This document shows, piece by piece, positions 1 through 11,330 of a stretch of 64,000 bases of DNA; the first letter of the stretch is position 1, and each line of letters begins with the position of its first letter. The stretch is from an uncultured Gemmatimonadaceae bacterium (GTDB taxonomy: Bacteria > Gemmatimonadota > Gemmatimonadetes > Gemmatimonadales > Gemmatimonadaceae). The stretch is from contig CAWHHI010000003.1 of assembly GCA_963829055.1 (NCBI GenBank), forward strand, positions 96,001 through 160,000, read 5' to 3'. Under the pieces are notes generated by a model that saw only the letters and a list, made by a program, of their open reading frames with translations, made no database searches and was not told the DNA's origin. Made by a program: the position numbers and the translations under genes.

Positions 1-81
1 GGCGCGGACGTTCCGCGCCGCGAGGTCGAGCGGCCGAGCGAGTCGTCCGGTCAGGTCCGCGGTGTTCTTGCTGTCCGGCAT
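1..81 (-). CDS. 5' end of a gene running off the window (MPDSKNTADLTGRLARPLDLAARNVRA...), divergent from tldD
   Basis: ATG at 81 on the minus strand, open to the window edge; too short to assign a product. Confidence 0.35.
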   Translation of the reverse strand, partial: MPDSKNTADLTGRLARPLDLAARNVRA

Positions 82-219
82 TGAGGCAAGATGGTGGATC
101 AGGAGTGATCCACCAAACCGGTTGGCGCGCGCGTGTTTCCTCGTGGTAGCTTCATCGAATGTCCGACGTCCCGCGTGACGTCCCCGCCTGACGTCCTTTC
201 ACCTGCGTCTTTCTTTCCC

Positions 220-1857
220 ATGTCCGACCGCCGAGAGTTTTTGAAGAAGACCGGCATTGCTGCCGGCGCGATCGCCGCGAGTAGCGCGCTGCGAAAGGCC
301 GAAGCAGCAACGACCCCGTTCATGGCCCCGCCCGCTTCACCCGCCGTCGCCGCGCCTATGGACGCCGCGACAAAGGAGCTCCTCATGGAGGCGCTCAACG
401 CGGCGAAGATGGGCGGCGCGAGCTATGCCGACGCGCGCATAGCGCGGTATCGCGACAACCAGGTCTTCACGCGCGAGCAACAGATCATCAACGTCGTGGA
501 CCAGGACTCGATGGGCTGCGGCGTGCGTGCGCTGGTGGACGGGACCTGGGGATTCGCGGCGACGCGCAACCTCACGAAGGCCGGGGTGGCTGGAGCGGCG
601 CGTGAGGCGGCGGCGATTGCAAAGGCGAACCGTATCGCGCGTGACCGCGCCGTTCAGCTCGCGCCGTCGCCGTCGTACCCGGACGCGTCGTGGGTGACGC
701 CACACACGATCGACCCGTTCACGGTGGCCATCGAGGACAAGGCCGCATTGCTCCTCAAGGCAAACGCCGAGGCAATGAAGGTGCCGGGCGTGAAGTACGT
801 GTTCAGCGGATTGTTCTTCCGGAAGCAGGAACGTAATTACGCGAATACCGACGGCTCGGTGATCAACCAGATCGTGCTGCAGAGCTGGCCGCTCATGCAG
901 ATCACGGCCGTAGCGCCGGACTTTTCTGATTTCCAGAATCGCGGCAACGTCGTTCAGCCGGCGGGCCGTGGATACGAGTACGTCACCGAGTGCGACCTGC
1001 CGGGGAACTCGGGCAAGTGGGGCGAGGAAGCGGCGCAGAAGCTCAAGGCGAAGCCGGTGGACGTCGGCCGCTACGACCTCGTGCTCGACCCGTCGCATCT
1101 CTGGCTCACGATCCACGAGTCGATCGCGCACCCGACGGAGCTCGACCGGGCGATGGGCTACGAGGCGAACTACGCCGGCACGAGCTTCGTCGCACCGCCC
1201 GAGAAGTATCTCGGGAAGTTCAAGTACGGCCCGGCGTTCATGAACATTCGTGGCGATCGGACGCAGGCGGGGGCGCTGGCGACGATCGGCTATGATGATG
1301 AGGGCGTGAAGCCTGACGACTTCATGATCATCAAGAACGGCGTCGTGAACGACTACCAGACGACGCGCGAGCAGGCGAGCTGGCTCAAGTGGTGGTACGA
1401 CCAGCAGAAGCAGCCGACGCGGTCGCACGGATGCTCGTACGCGGACTCGTGGTCGAGCGTACAGTTCCAGCGCATGCCTAACGTGTCGCTCATGCCGGGC
1501 GAGAAGGACCTCAAGTGGGAAGACCTCATCGCGGCAACGGACCGCGGGATCGCGATCCAGGGTGACGGCTCGTTCTCGATCGATCAGCAGCGCTTCAACG
1601 CCCAGTTCGGTGGGCAGGTGTTCTACGAGATCCGCGGCGGGAAGATCACGGGGATGCTCAAGGACGTCGCGTACCAGATGCGGACGCCGGATTTCTGGAA
1701 CGCGATGGACATGATCGGTGGAAAATCCAGCTACCGGCTTGGCGGGAGCTTCTTCGACGGGAAGGGGCAGCCGGGTCAGGTGAACGCGGTGAGCCACGGC
1801 GCGGTGCCCGCTCGATTCAAGCAGATCAACGTCATCAACACAGGCAGAAAGGCCTGA
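220..1857 (+). CDS. tldD: TldD family metalloprotease with twin-arginine (Tat) signal peptide
   Basis: MSDRREFLK Tat motif plus hydrophobic stretch; HExxxH (IHESIAH); GYDDEG, RMPNVSL and DGKGQP motifs. Confidence 0.9.
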   Translation: MSDRREFLKKTGIAAGAIAASSALRKAEAATTPFMAPPASPAVAAPMDAATKELLMEALNAAKMGGASYADARIARYRDNQVFTREQQIINVVDQDSMGCGVRALVDGTWGFAATRNLTKAGVAGAAREAAAIAKANRIARDRAVQLAPSPSYPDASWVTPHTIDPFTVAIEDKAALLLKANAEAMKVPGVKYVFSGLFFRKQERNYANTDGSVINQIVLQSWPLMQITAVAPDFSDFQNRGNVVQPAGRGYEYVTECDLPGNSGKWGEEAAQKLKAKPVDVGRYDLVLDPSHLWLTIHESIAHPTELDRAMGYEANYAGTSFVAPPEKYLGKFKYGPAFMNIRGDRTQAGALATIGYDDEGVKPDDFMIIKNGVVNDYQTTREQASWLKWWYDQQKQPTRSHGCSYADSWSSVQFQRMPNVSLMPGEKDLKWEDLIAATDRGIAIQGDGSFSIDQQRFNAQFGGQVFYEIRGGKITGMLKDVAYQMRTPDFWNAMDMIGGKSSYRLGGSFFDGKGQPGQVNAVSHGAVPARFKQINVINTGRKA

Positions 1858-1873
1858 GCTCACTGGGCCGCTT

Positions 1874-1957
1874 CACACTACAAGACTACTGATGAACTAC
1901 GAACTGCAGTCCTCAGTCATCAGTAGTCGGTCATGTAGTACTCAGTCTTCTACTTCT
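1874..1957. repeat. Degenerate short-period repeat with inverted halves between tldD and tldE
   Basis: ACTACTGATGA ... TCATCAGTAGT inverted pair within ACTAC/GTAGT-rich sequence. Confidence 0.5.
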
Positions 1958-1973
1958 TTGACCGTTTGATCCG

Positions 1974-3357
1974 ATGAGCTTTCCCAAACGTCTTTTTGAA
2001 CGAACCGAAGTGCCTGATGGCGCGGTCCTGTCTCGTGATGAGTCCAAGTCTCTGATCGACCGGGTCGTGAAGATGTCCAAAGCCGAGAGCGTTCAGGTGA
2101 ACGTCGGTGGCGGGTACTCGGCCAACGTGCGGTTCGCGGATAACCGAGATGTCGACCGCGGGCGGCATCACGGACTACACCGTCGTCATTCAGAGCTCGT
2201 TCGGGAAGAAACACTCTGTCGTAACGATCAACGACGTCTCCGACGAAGCGCTGCAGCGCGCGGTCAAGCAGTCCGAGGACCTCGCGAAGTTGGCGCCCGA
2301 CGATCCCGAAGCGATGCCCGCGTTGCCGCCGCAGCAGTACCAGGAGGTGAACGCGTACTTCGACAGCGTGGCGAACCTGACGCCCGCGGACCGCGCGAAG
2401 GCCGCGCTCACCGCGCTCGATCCCGCGCGAAAAGCCGGCGATCTCGCGACGGCCGGCTTCCTCGTTACCAACGCGTCGTCCACCGCGCTCGGCAACGACA
2501 AGGGGATGTTCGCGTATTACCGCTCCACGAACGCCAACTATACCGTCACCGTTCGAACGAAGGACGGGACGGGCTCGGGTTGGGCTGGCGGCGAGCATAA
2601 CGATTGGAGTCAGCTGGATATCGCCGGCATCAGCCAGCGTGCGCTCGAGAAGGCCAAGCTCTCACGCGCTCCGGTGGCCATCGAGCCGGGGCGCTACACC
2701 GTCATTCTCGAGCCACAGGCGGTCGGCGACCTGGTCCAGCTCATCGGCGGGTACCTGGACGCCCGTTCGGCGGACGAGGGACGCAGCCCGTTCTCGAAGC
2801 AGGGTGGCGGCAACAAGGTGGGCGAGAAGATCATGGACGAGCGGGTCAACCTGTTCTCCGACCCGTTCGATCCGCGTGTGTTGTCGCGGCCGTTCGACGG
2901 CCAGGGCTTCCCGTTAGGCAAGCAGGTGTTCGTCGAGAACGGCGTGCTCAAGCAGCTGTTCTACTCGCGCTTCTGGGCGCAGAAGCAGGGGAAGGTCGCG
3001 ACTGGCGCGCCGACGTCCTACGTCATGAGCGGCGGCGACGCGTCGGTGGAGGACATGATCAAGGGCACGGAGCGCGGCGTCCTGGTCACGCGGCTCTGGT
3101 ACCTGCGCGAGGTCGATCCGCGCACGATCCTGTACACGGGCCTGACCCGCGACGGCACGTTCCTCATCGAGAACGGCAAGATCTCCAAGGCGCTCAAGAA
3201 TTTCCGCTTCAACGAGTCGCCGCTGTTCATGTTGAACAACCTGGAGACGCTGGGCCGACCGGTTCGTCTGGCGGGCACCGAGGCGGGTGGCGCGATCGTG
3301 GTGCCGGCCATCAAGGTGCGAGACTTCAATTTCACCAGTCTGTCGGACGCCGTGTAG
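1974..3357 (+). CDS. tldE: TldE/PmbA family protein; one frameshift near 2146
   Basis: ORF 1974 (..NVRFADN) joins ORF 2107..3357 (..MSTAGG, EPGRYTVILEP, TGLTRDGTFLIENG, FNFTSLSDAV). Confidence 0.85.
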
Positions 3358-3360
3358 GTC

Positions 3361-3462
3361 GGAAGGCGGACGGCGGATGGCGGAAACCGAAAGAGGGCGG
3401 AAGGCGGACAGCACGCTGCTGTTTCCGCCTTCCGCCCTCCTCAGTCCGCCTTCCGCGCTTCC
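3361..3462. repeat. Inverted arrays of GGCGGA(A/C/T) heptamers between convergent genes
   Basis: GGAAGGCGGACGGCGGATGGCGGA ... TCCGCCTTCCGCC ... TCCGCCTTCCG. Confidence 0.7.
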
Positions 3463-3468
3463 TAACCC

Positions 3469-3702
3469 TTACGCCGCCAGTAAGCCGATCGGCCGCCAGC
3501 TCACCACATCCAGCTTATCCGTCGCGACGAAGGCGTAACGCGCCGGGGGGAAACCAGCGACACCGATTTCCAGCGTATCGCCGTCCTGTACCGTGACATT
3601 CTTGCTCACCAGCGAGAGCGCGTCGTTGAAGGACTCGCTCTGAACGACTCCTGCCTGACGAACCTCGTCGGGACTGCTGAGTGCAAACTCGAACCGCGTC
3701 AT
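3469..3702 (-). CDS. Small hypothetical protein (77 aa)
   Basis: ATG at 3702 preceded by AAGGAGG; protein-like composition. Confidence 0.7.
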   Translation of the reverse strand: MTRFEFALSSPDEVRQAGVVQSESFNDALSLVSKNVTVQDGDTLEIGVAGFPPARYAFVATDKLDVVSWRPIGLLAA

Positions 3703-4305
3703 GTCGGCATCCTCCTTCGCCGGAGGTCTATATGAAAACGCGTGGGAATCCACGCGGCTGGTAGGCGAGTCGGCGCGAATCGCTGGCCTTGGCAGGCTGA
3801 AATCCGCCGCCGATCTCGTCTGGCTGATACTACACCGCCACCACACTTTTGAGCCTGTACGGCTGGGCCAGCGCGACGGTTTCGGTAGCCTGCCTTACCT
3901 GCGTTACGTACGCCCCGGACGTTGGTTCGGATTTCCCCTGTCGACCCCCGCTTGCGCCCGTCCTACACCCGTCTGCTTTCGACCTATGCCGCACTCGTCG
4001 GAGTTCCGGCACTGGCATGCGACGCATCGGCCAGCCGCAGGTCGGCGGCGAGATGCTCGCTGGCATCGGCTCGGCCCGTCGCTCTCGCGCATACGCACCC
4101 GCGCTCGAGACGCCTCATGGAGCTCGTCATCCTGACGTGGGCCTCGCATCGGCGTTCTCGCGCGATCGATGATGTTGCTCTGGACGTCTCACGCTCATGC
4201 CACTCTCGTCGCGTGGCGCTCCGTCGGTTGGCGCAGTGCTCGTACGGACGCGACAGCGCATCGGACGATGGAAAACGGCACCGGCGGGAGAGTGACGCCA
4301 CGCTC

Positions 4306-5693
4306 ATGAGCGTGGCCGAGTGCAGACAGGTCGTACGTGCCGACGTGACCGACGGCTTTCCACGACGGGAATACGCGTGGTACGTCGTGGGGATCCTCGC
4401 GCTCGCCAACACCTCGGCGTTCATCGATCGGCAGATCCTCGGACTGCTCGTCGGGCCCGTCCGCCGCGATCTTGGCATTAGCGACACGCAGATGGGCATC
4501 CTGTACGGCCTCGCGTTCGCGCTGTTCTACACCCTGCTCGGCATTCCCATCGCGCGCGCTCGCCGACCGCGGCAGCCGACGCACCATCATCGCGGTCGGG
4601 ATCGCGCTCTGGAGCGTGATGACGGTGCTGTGCGGCGTCGCGCAGACGTACGATCAGCTGCTGCTGGCGAGGTTCGGCGTCGGGGTTGGCGAGGCGGCGC
4701 TCGCGGCGCCCGCCGTGTCGCTCCTGTCCGACTACTTTCCCGCCGAGCGTCGGGCGACGGCGCTCAGCGTGTACTCGTTAGGTATCTACCTGGGCGCGGG
4801 GCTCGCGAACCTCGTCGGCGGCGCGCTGCTCGGCGCGACTCGGCGCAGATGCCACCGTCGTCTGGCCTGTCGTCGGTGAGATCCGCTCGTGGCAGGGTGC
4901 GTTTGTCGTGGTCGGCCTTCCCGGACTCGTCATCGCGGCGCTCCTCGCCACGGTGCGCGAGCCGCAGCGACGCGAGACAGGTACGAGCGACGATACGCGC
5001 GGCCATTCGATCGGCGACATCGTCAGATACCTGGACGCCAACCGGCGCACGTTCGCGTATCACAACCTCGGGTACGCGATGTTCGCACTCGTCAACTTCG
5101 CGACCGCGGCCTGGCTCCCGAGCCATCTCGTTCGTACCTACGGATGGACCGCGGCGCGCGCCGGTGTCACGTTAGGCATCCTCACGATATCCATCGGCGT
5201 CCTCGGCGTGATCGTCGGCGGGCGCGTCGCCGATGCCATGCTCGTTCGCGGCCGGACCGACGCCAAGTTGCGCGTCGGTATCATCGCGGCGCTCGCGAAT
5301 CTCGTGTGCGGGATCGCCTACACGCTCGCGCCGACAGCGGCGCTCTCGGTCGCCGCGCTCGTCCCCTACAACTTCTTCGCGTCATTCGCGTTCGGTGCGG
5401 CAGTCGCCGCCGTGCAGGAGATCACCCCAAACCGGATGCGGGCACAGATCGGTGCGCTGTTCGTGTCGGCGATGACCCTCATCGGGCTCGGGCTCGGCCC
5501 GAGTGTTGTCGGGCTTCTGACGGATCGCGTGTTCGGCGGCGACGCCGCGCTACGCTACTCCCTGCTCGCGGTGACCGTGGTGGGACTCAGCGGTGCCGCG
5601 GCGCTGCTCGCTGCCGGACTCGCACCGTACCGTCGCAGCGTCGCCAACCGGTCGGCGTGGGCCGGCACGGCTACCGCCAGCGAAACACGCTGA
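4306..5693 (+). CDS. Spinster-like MFS transporter; frameshifts near 4558 and 4840-4890
   Basis: FIDRQIL..DLGISDTQMG.L, ADRGSRRTII, LLSDYFP.ERRATA motifs spread over ORFs 3922, 4472 and 4908. Confidence 0.8.
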
Positions 5694-7951
5694 GCACGTT
5701 CGAGAAGTCGTCCGTCCAGAGCCCAATGTCCGAGGTCGGTGCCAGCACGCGCCAGCCTGGCTGCAGTGCGAGCGGCGCATGGTCGTTCGCATTGCGCGAC
5801 AGCACGATCCACTTCGAGTTCATCTTGAATGACATCGTCTCCGCCGACGAAATGCCCACGTCGGAGCCGACAATGCCGGCGATGCGCGCATCACGCGCGA
5901 GTCCAACGACCACGGGCTCGAGGTCGAGATAGCGGTTGCTGATGTGGAAGGCGATCGAGCCGCCCGGTGCGAGCTTTCGCAGGTAGAGCTGCAACGCCTC
6001 ACGCGTCATGAGGTGAATCGGGATGGCGTCGGAGCTGAACGCGTCGAGGATCATGTAGTCGTACGAGCTATCCGGCGCCTGGGCGAGTGAGAGTCGAGCG
6101 TCGCCGATTATGATGCGCTTCGCGGGAGGGCAATCGCGAAGGTACGAGAAGTACTTCGGATTGAACGCGATCCGCTCGATCAACGGGTCGATCTCGTAGA
6201 ACGTCCACGTCTCGTTAGGCCGGCCGTAGCACGCGACGGTGCCGGTGCCAAGCCCGACGATGGCCACACGGCGATTGGGGTTCCCCCGCATGAGCCACGC
6301 GAACGACTGCCCAAGCGGCCCGTCGCGATGGTAATAGGTGAGCGGCTCGGTCGCGAACTGCGGATAGATGCTCTGGCCGCCGTGCGTCGTCGTTCCGTTC
6401 TGCAACGCCTTGTGCTTGGGGTAGCGCAGTACGCGGTACACGCCGAAGAAGCTACGACCCCGGAAAAGGAGAGTGCGGGTCTGTGCCTCTCCCTAACGCG
6501 GCGCCCAGGAAGATCGCCGCGATGCCGAGCGCGAACCGGACCGGATGGCGCTGGAAGATCAGGATGAGGATCGCGTACCCGCCGAACACCCACACATTCG
6601 CTTTCTCGCCCCACGACGCTGGCGGGAAACCGGCGTGCATCAACACCATGATGGCGATGCAGATGATCGCGGGGAGGATCACGTCGAGCATGCGGTCGAT
6701 CGGCCGCCGCGGCACGAGCGTGGGCCGGAGGGCCGCCGCGATGATGATCGCGATCGGATACTCCAGCACGGAGTCGAACACGTGCGGCGCGATCAGCACG
6801 TTGAAGATGCCGCCCAGCATGCCGCCCACCGACATCCACAGGTAGAACTCGGTGAGGTGCGCGACCGACGGCCGATCCTTCGCCAGCTCGCCGTGACACA
6901 CCAACGCGCTGAGGAAGAACGCGACGAGATGCGTCGGGGCGAGCGCGGTGACGCTGCGCTGCATCATGAGCGCGATGGACACCGCCAGGATCAGCAGGAA
7001 CGGCGGCTGCAGCCAGATCGCGAACGCGTGCCGGAAGATGACGGTGTTCCGCGCGAACACGATGACGAACGTGAGCAGGTAAATCGCGAGCGGAACGATC
7101 CACAGCAGCGGGATCGACGCGACGTCGGTCGCGAGATAGGTCGTGACAGCGAGCAGCATGCTCGACGGCACGAACGAGAGTAGCACCCAGCGCGCGCGTC
7201 GCCAGACAGTGAGCCGCTCCGCCGGTGCGACGGGCGCAGCAGCCATGGAGTTGAACGCATCCATGTCCGCGACCGTGGCGTCCGCCGAAACCGGCCCGGC
7301 TGCGCCGCTCACGGTCAGCGTACCGCCGACCATGCTTCGCCGGACCACGAACGCACACACGGCGATGAGCACCGCGAGCACTACGTACCCCGCGGTCCAC
7401 AAGTGGCTCTGCTGCGCCAGCCGCAGTCGCGGCTCGATGACGACAGGATACGCGAGCAGCGCCACCATGCTCCCGAGATTGCTCGCGGCGTACAGGAAGT
7501 ATGGGTTCGTCGCTGCCGGATGCCCGGATTCGCTGAACCATCGCTGCAGCAGCGGCGCACCGGTCGACAGCATGAAGAACGGCGCACCGAGCGAGACGGC
7601 GAGCAGCGCGGTGAGCCACCACACAGGCGTGTCGGACCCGCTCGGTCGCCATCCTGACGCCACGGCAACCGGCAGCGTGAGGAACGTGAGGGCGAACAGC
7701 ACGAGCTGCAGCACCGACTGCTTGCGCACGTCCAACCAGCGCGTGGTGACGTGCGCGTACAGGTAGCCGCAGAGCAACGCCGTCTGGAAGAACAGCATGC
7801 ACGTGTTCCACACCGACGGCGTCCCGCCGAACAGCGGGAGCACCATCTTCGAGAACATCGGCTGAACGGCGAAGAGCAACGCAGCGTTCACGAACAACGT
7901 CGCCGAGAACAGCGCGACGACGGAACCCGAGCGCGTGAAGAGTCGATTCAC
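5671..7951 (-). CDS. Membrane-fused spermidine-synthase-like SAM methyltransferase; frameshift near 6455
   Basis: N-terminal TM domain (VQPMFSKMVLPLFGG.PSVW) plus VGLGTG, YEIDP, GDAR, DAFSSDAIPIHL, WTDDFSN. Confidence 0.85.
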
Positions 7952-8014
7952 GCCCGGATGATATGGACCGCTCCGAGTTTCGACAGGGGTGGCCCGATGG
8001 GCGCTCGGCGGCAG

Positions 8015-8125
8015 CCACGGCAATGATCACCGATAGTGTGACGCGGAACACGTCCTGGTCCATCGTCACCGGCCCGCGAATGGCCGAGATGCCGATGTAA
8101 TGCGTCCCGGCGATCGCCACGCCGG
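8015..8125 (-). pseudogene. Possible MHYT-domain fragment
   Basis: AIAGTHYIGISA...TLSVIIAV resembles an MHYT repeat; no full ORF. Confidence 0.3.
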
Positions 8126-8313
8126 CCGGCGTCGGGCGCTTCCCGGTCAGTGTCGGCCGGATGGCGTCGAGGGTGAACGCCGCTCTCTGCTTTCACCTGC
8201 GCTGCGCAAATCAGGGGCGGAACGACGGTGTCGCTCGTCACGTTGGTGACTTCGGTGACTTCGCACGCGGATGGGCTCGCGGCCCGTGCGTTCGGTCCCT
8301 ATTGTATCGGCCC

Positions 8314-9702
8314 ATGCCCGTACCTCATTACGACCTCGCCGTCATCGGAAGCGGCCCCGCGGGACAGAAGGGCGCAATCGCCGCGGCGAAGATGCGCAAG
8401 CGAGTCGCGGTCGTGGATCGACGCGACATGGTCGGCGGGTGCTCACTGCACCTGGGGACGATTCCGAGCAAGACGATGCGCGAGGCCATCCTGTATCTCA
8501 GCGGGATGCGTCAGCGCACGTTCTACGGCGCCGACTACCGGGCGAAGGAGGACATCTCGGCGCGTGATCTCTCGCAGCGCGTCGATATCGTGCTGCAGCG
8601 CGAGATCGAGGTCGTCAGGGCGCAGCTCAAGCGCAACGGTGTCACGACCATCAACGGGATGGCGCGGTTCACTGACGCCCATACCATCGAGATCGAGGGT
8701 AGCGAGGGAAACTCGTCGACGATCACCGCCGACACGGTCCTCATTGCGTGCGGAACGCGGCCGGCGGAGAACCCCCTGATCGTCACCGACGGGCAGCGCG
8801 TATTCAACTCCGACCAGCTGCTGCATCTCCCGCTCATCCCGCGGGATCTCATCGTCGTCGGCGGCGGCGTGATCGGGCTCGAGTACGCGGCGATGATGAC
8901 GGGCCTCGGCACGCGTGTCACGCTCATCGATGCGCGTCCGACGTTGCTCGACTTCGCGGACCACGAGATCATCGAGTCGCTCTGCCATCATCTGCGAGAG
9001 GAGGGCGTGACGTTCCGCCTCGGCGAGCAGGTGGCGTCGGTGAGCGTCGAGGGTGGCGAGCGCGTCATCGCGCATCTCGAGAGCGGTAAGACGGTGAGGG
9101 GTGACGCGCTGCTGTACGCCGTGGGTCGGCAGGCGAACAGCGACCTGCTTCGCCTGGGGGCCGCGGGCATCACCGCGGACGAGCGCGGACGCATCAAGGT
9201 GAACGAGTACTTCCAGACGGTCGTGCCGCACATCTACGCGGCCGGCGACGTCATTGGCTTCCCTGCCCTCGCGGCGACGTCAATGGAACAGGGCCGCCTC
9301 GCGATCGTTCATTCGTTAGGCTTCCCGATGAAGACGTCGCCACACCTGCTCCCGTTCGGGATCTACACGATTCCCGAAATCTCCATGGTGGGACCTACGG
9401 AACGCGACCTGACGACGGCGAAGGTGCGGTACGAGGTCGGCATCTCGCGCTTCGGCGAGCTCGCACGCGCGCAGATGATCGGCGACGAGCGCGGCATGCT
9501 GAAACTGCTCTTCGATCCCGACACGCTGAAGCTCCTCGGTGTGCACGTGATGGGTGAGAGCGCGACGGAGATCATCCACATCGGCCAGGCAGTGTTGGCG
9601 ATGGGCGGAACGATCGATTATTTCCGCGACACGGTCTTCAACTATCCGACGTTGGCCGAGGCGTACAAGGTGGCGGCGCTGAACGGGATGAATAAGGTGT
9701 AG
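8314..9702 (+). CDS. sthA: Soluble Si-specific NAD(P)+ transhydrogenase
   Basis: IGSGPAG, GTIPSKT, GGGVIGLEYA, GDVIGFPALA, FNYPTLAEAYKVAALNG. Confidence 0.9.
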   Translation: MPVPHYDLAVIGSGPAGQKGAIAAAKMRKRVAVVDRRDMVGGCSLHLGTIPSKTMREAILYLSGMRQRTFYGADYRAKEDISARDLSQRVDIVLQREIEVVRAQLKRNGVTTINGMARFTDAHTIEIEGSEGNSSTITADTVLIACGTRPAENPLIVTDGQRVFNSDQLLHLPLIPRDLIVVGGGVIGLEYAAMMTGLGTRVTLIDARPTLLDFADHEIIESLCHHLREEGVTFRLGEQVASVSVEGGERVIAHLESGKTVRGDALLYAVGRQANSDLLRLGAAGITADERGRIKVNEYFQTVVPHIYAAGDVIGFPALAATSMEQGRLAIVHSLGFPMKTSPHLLPFGIYTIPEISMVGPTERDLTTAKVRYEVGISRFGELARAQMIGDERGMLKLLFDPDTLKLLGVHVMGESATEIIHIGQAVLAMGGTIDYFRDTVFNYPTLAEAYKVAALNGMNKV

Positions 9703-9716
9703 GATGTGGGAACCTC

Positions 9717-10136
9717 GTGAAGCCGCTGCCGGAGTCCACTACGGCGTTCGTTCTGCGCACATCGTTTTCCGATCCATCGGCGTGGGGAGCAATCCGCGCC
9801 GCGATCGAGGCGCCTACGCCTATCGACGGGTTTCTGGCCTACGTACAGTTCGTGGACGACGCGGCGTACGAGGGCATGGCGAAGGACGAGGTCGTGGACC
9901 TGTTTCGCGGGCGAGTGGGTCACACGTTCGTGATCGTCGCCGATGACACGTCAATGACGGCAGCGGAGCACCATCTTCTCGTCATCGACCTGGCCACAGA
10001 ACCGGGGCGCGAGTTCCGCGCGGTTCCTTCGGCCATCCAGTCGATCGAGAACAACCTGTCGATCGCGAACATGGATTTCGCGGAGTTCGCTGGGGCAGTC
10101 GACGAAGACGGAGTGTTTCGCGATTTTCCGCAGTAA
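9717..10136 (+). CDS. Hypothetical protein (DUF6924-like)
   Basis: LRTxFS..W and IENNLSIANMDF.EF motifs. Confidence 0.7.
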   Translation: MKPLPESTTAFVLRTSFSDPSAWGAIRAAIEAPTPIDGFLAYVQFVDDAAYEGMAKDEVVDLFRGRVGHTFVIVADDTSMTAAEHHLLVIDLATEPGREFRAVPSAIQSIENNLSIANMDFAEFAGAVDEDGVFRDFPQ

Positions 10137-10842
10137 GCAAAAGCTCCGAAGGATCCCAATCGCCAACGGACCGTCGCCAGCCGGCCGTTCTGATCGAAAC
10201 GGCATCGTCGTTGCGACTGCTTGGCCTCCCATCCACCGGACGGCCGACCGGTGCCTTCGCTCCTCGAACGTCACAGCGAGGGGTGCGCAGAAAGAGTGCC
10301 CCATTCGCGCACGCCCACCGTCGAGCGCCCGGGCGTGCCAGCCAGCCTCTGCCTAACGTTGCGAAGGTCCGGAGCAGTCGCAACCGGTTCACACGGAGTG
10401 GGCAACGTTGCGGTCCGCGCATGTTGACGGCGTGCGTTCACAGCGTCGTGCTTGCGCCGGCCGCCCCTCGACATTGCAGTCGCCAACCATGCAGCGTCGA
10501 AACATCCAGGTCGAGATTCTCCGCACGCGTGAGCTATGGGATCAGCTCGGCAAGGCCGCGAACCTCGCGTCCCGACTTCAGCGTCGTGCGCTGATCTCCG
10601 GCCGAGCCCGACTTCATTCGGCTGTCCAGTTGCGAAGGATGACCGGCGGGACGGATGGAACGCGATCACCCCCGCCGTTCGACGACATGCCTGAGGATCG
10701 TACAGAGCCGAACCCGCCGCCATACGCCGTAGACGACCGGCTGCGACGCATTGGGCCGAAGGTCCATGGCGGGCGGGACGTTTGGGCTGCGGCGAGCTAG
10801 ATTCACCACTCGCCAACAACTGCATGCCCTCAGGAGAACACA

Positions 10843-11274
10843 ATGAGCGCCAACCCAGTCACGTCAGCCAACGCTGACACGGAGGCCGAAGCGTTCCACG
10901 CCATCGGCCTGTCGTGTTCACTCACCGTAAAGGACATTGAAAAGAGCCTCGCCTGGTATCGCGACGTCGTGGGATTCGTCGTCGATCAGCCGTACGAGCG
11001 CGACGGGAAGCTGCGCGGTGTGGCGCTCAAAGCCGGCGCCGTGCGAATCCTGCTCAATGTGGACGACGGCGGCAGGGGCTGGGACCGCGTGAAGGGCGAG
11101 GGCTTCTCGCTGCAATTCACGACGTCACAGCGCGTCGACGACGTCGCTGACCGGATCAAGAAGCACGGTGGCACCCTCGAGTCCGAGCCGGCGGACATGC
11201 CGTGGGGCGCGCGCGTGTTCCGCGTGAACGACCCGGACGGCTACAAGCTCCTGATCTCGTCGCCGCGGGCGTGA
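10843..11274 (+). CDS. VOC/glyoxalase family protein
   Basis: AGGAG RBS; LTVKD..SLAWY, DMPWGAR.F...DPDG. Confidence 0.9.
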   Translation: MSANPVTSANADTEAEAFHAIGLSCSLTVKDIEKSLAWYRDVVGFVVDQPYERDGKLRGVALKAGAVRILLNVDDGGRGWDRVKGEGFSLQFTTSQRVDDVADRIKKHGGTLESEPADMPWGARVFRVNDPDGYKLLISSPRA

Positions 11275-11330
11275 TCCAGTCATAGCTCAGCTCCGACCTT
11301 CTTTTACGCCTACCGTTTCGCGACGCCCTC

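Noticed and set aside
337..1863. Long antisense or alternative-frame ORFs (337..1863, 6180..8120, 57124..58656, 59173..60363 and others)
   Set aside because: Shadow ORFs typical of high-GC DNA, overlapping well-supported genes.
2914..2919. TTAGGC/TTAGGG resemblance to eukaryotic telomere repeats
   Set aside because: Copies are dispersed singletons in bacterial genes, not tandem arrays.
4100..4300. Possible IS200/RAYT transposase remnant (..LVILTWASHRR..)
   Set aside because: No HUH motif or catalytic Tyr recognisable; resemblance too weak.
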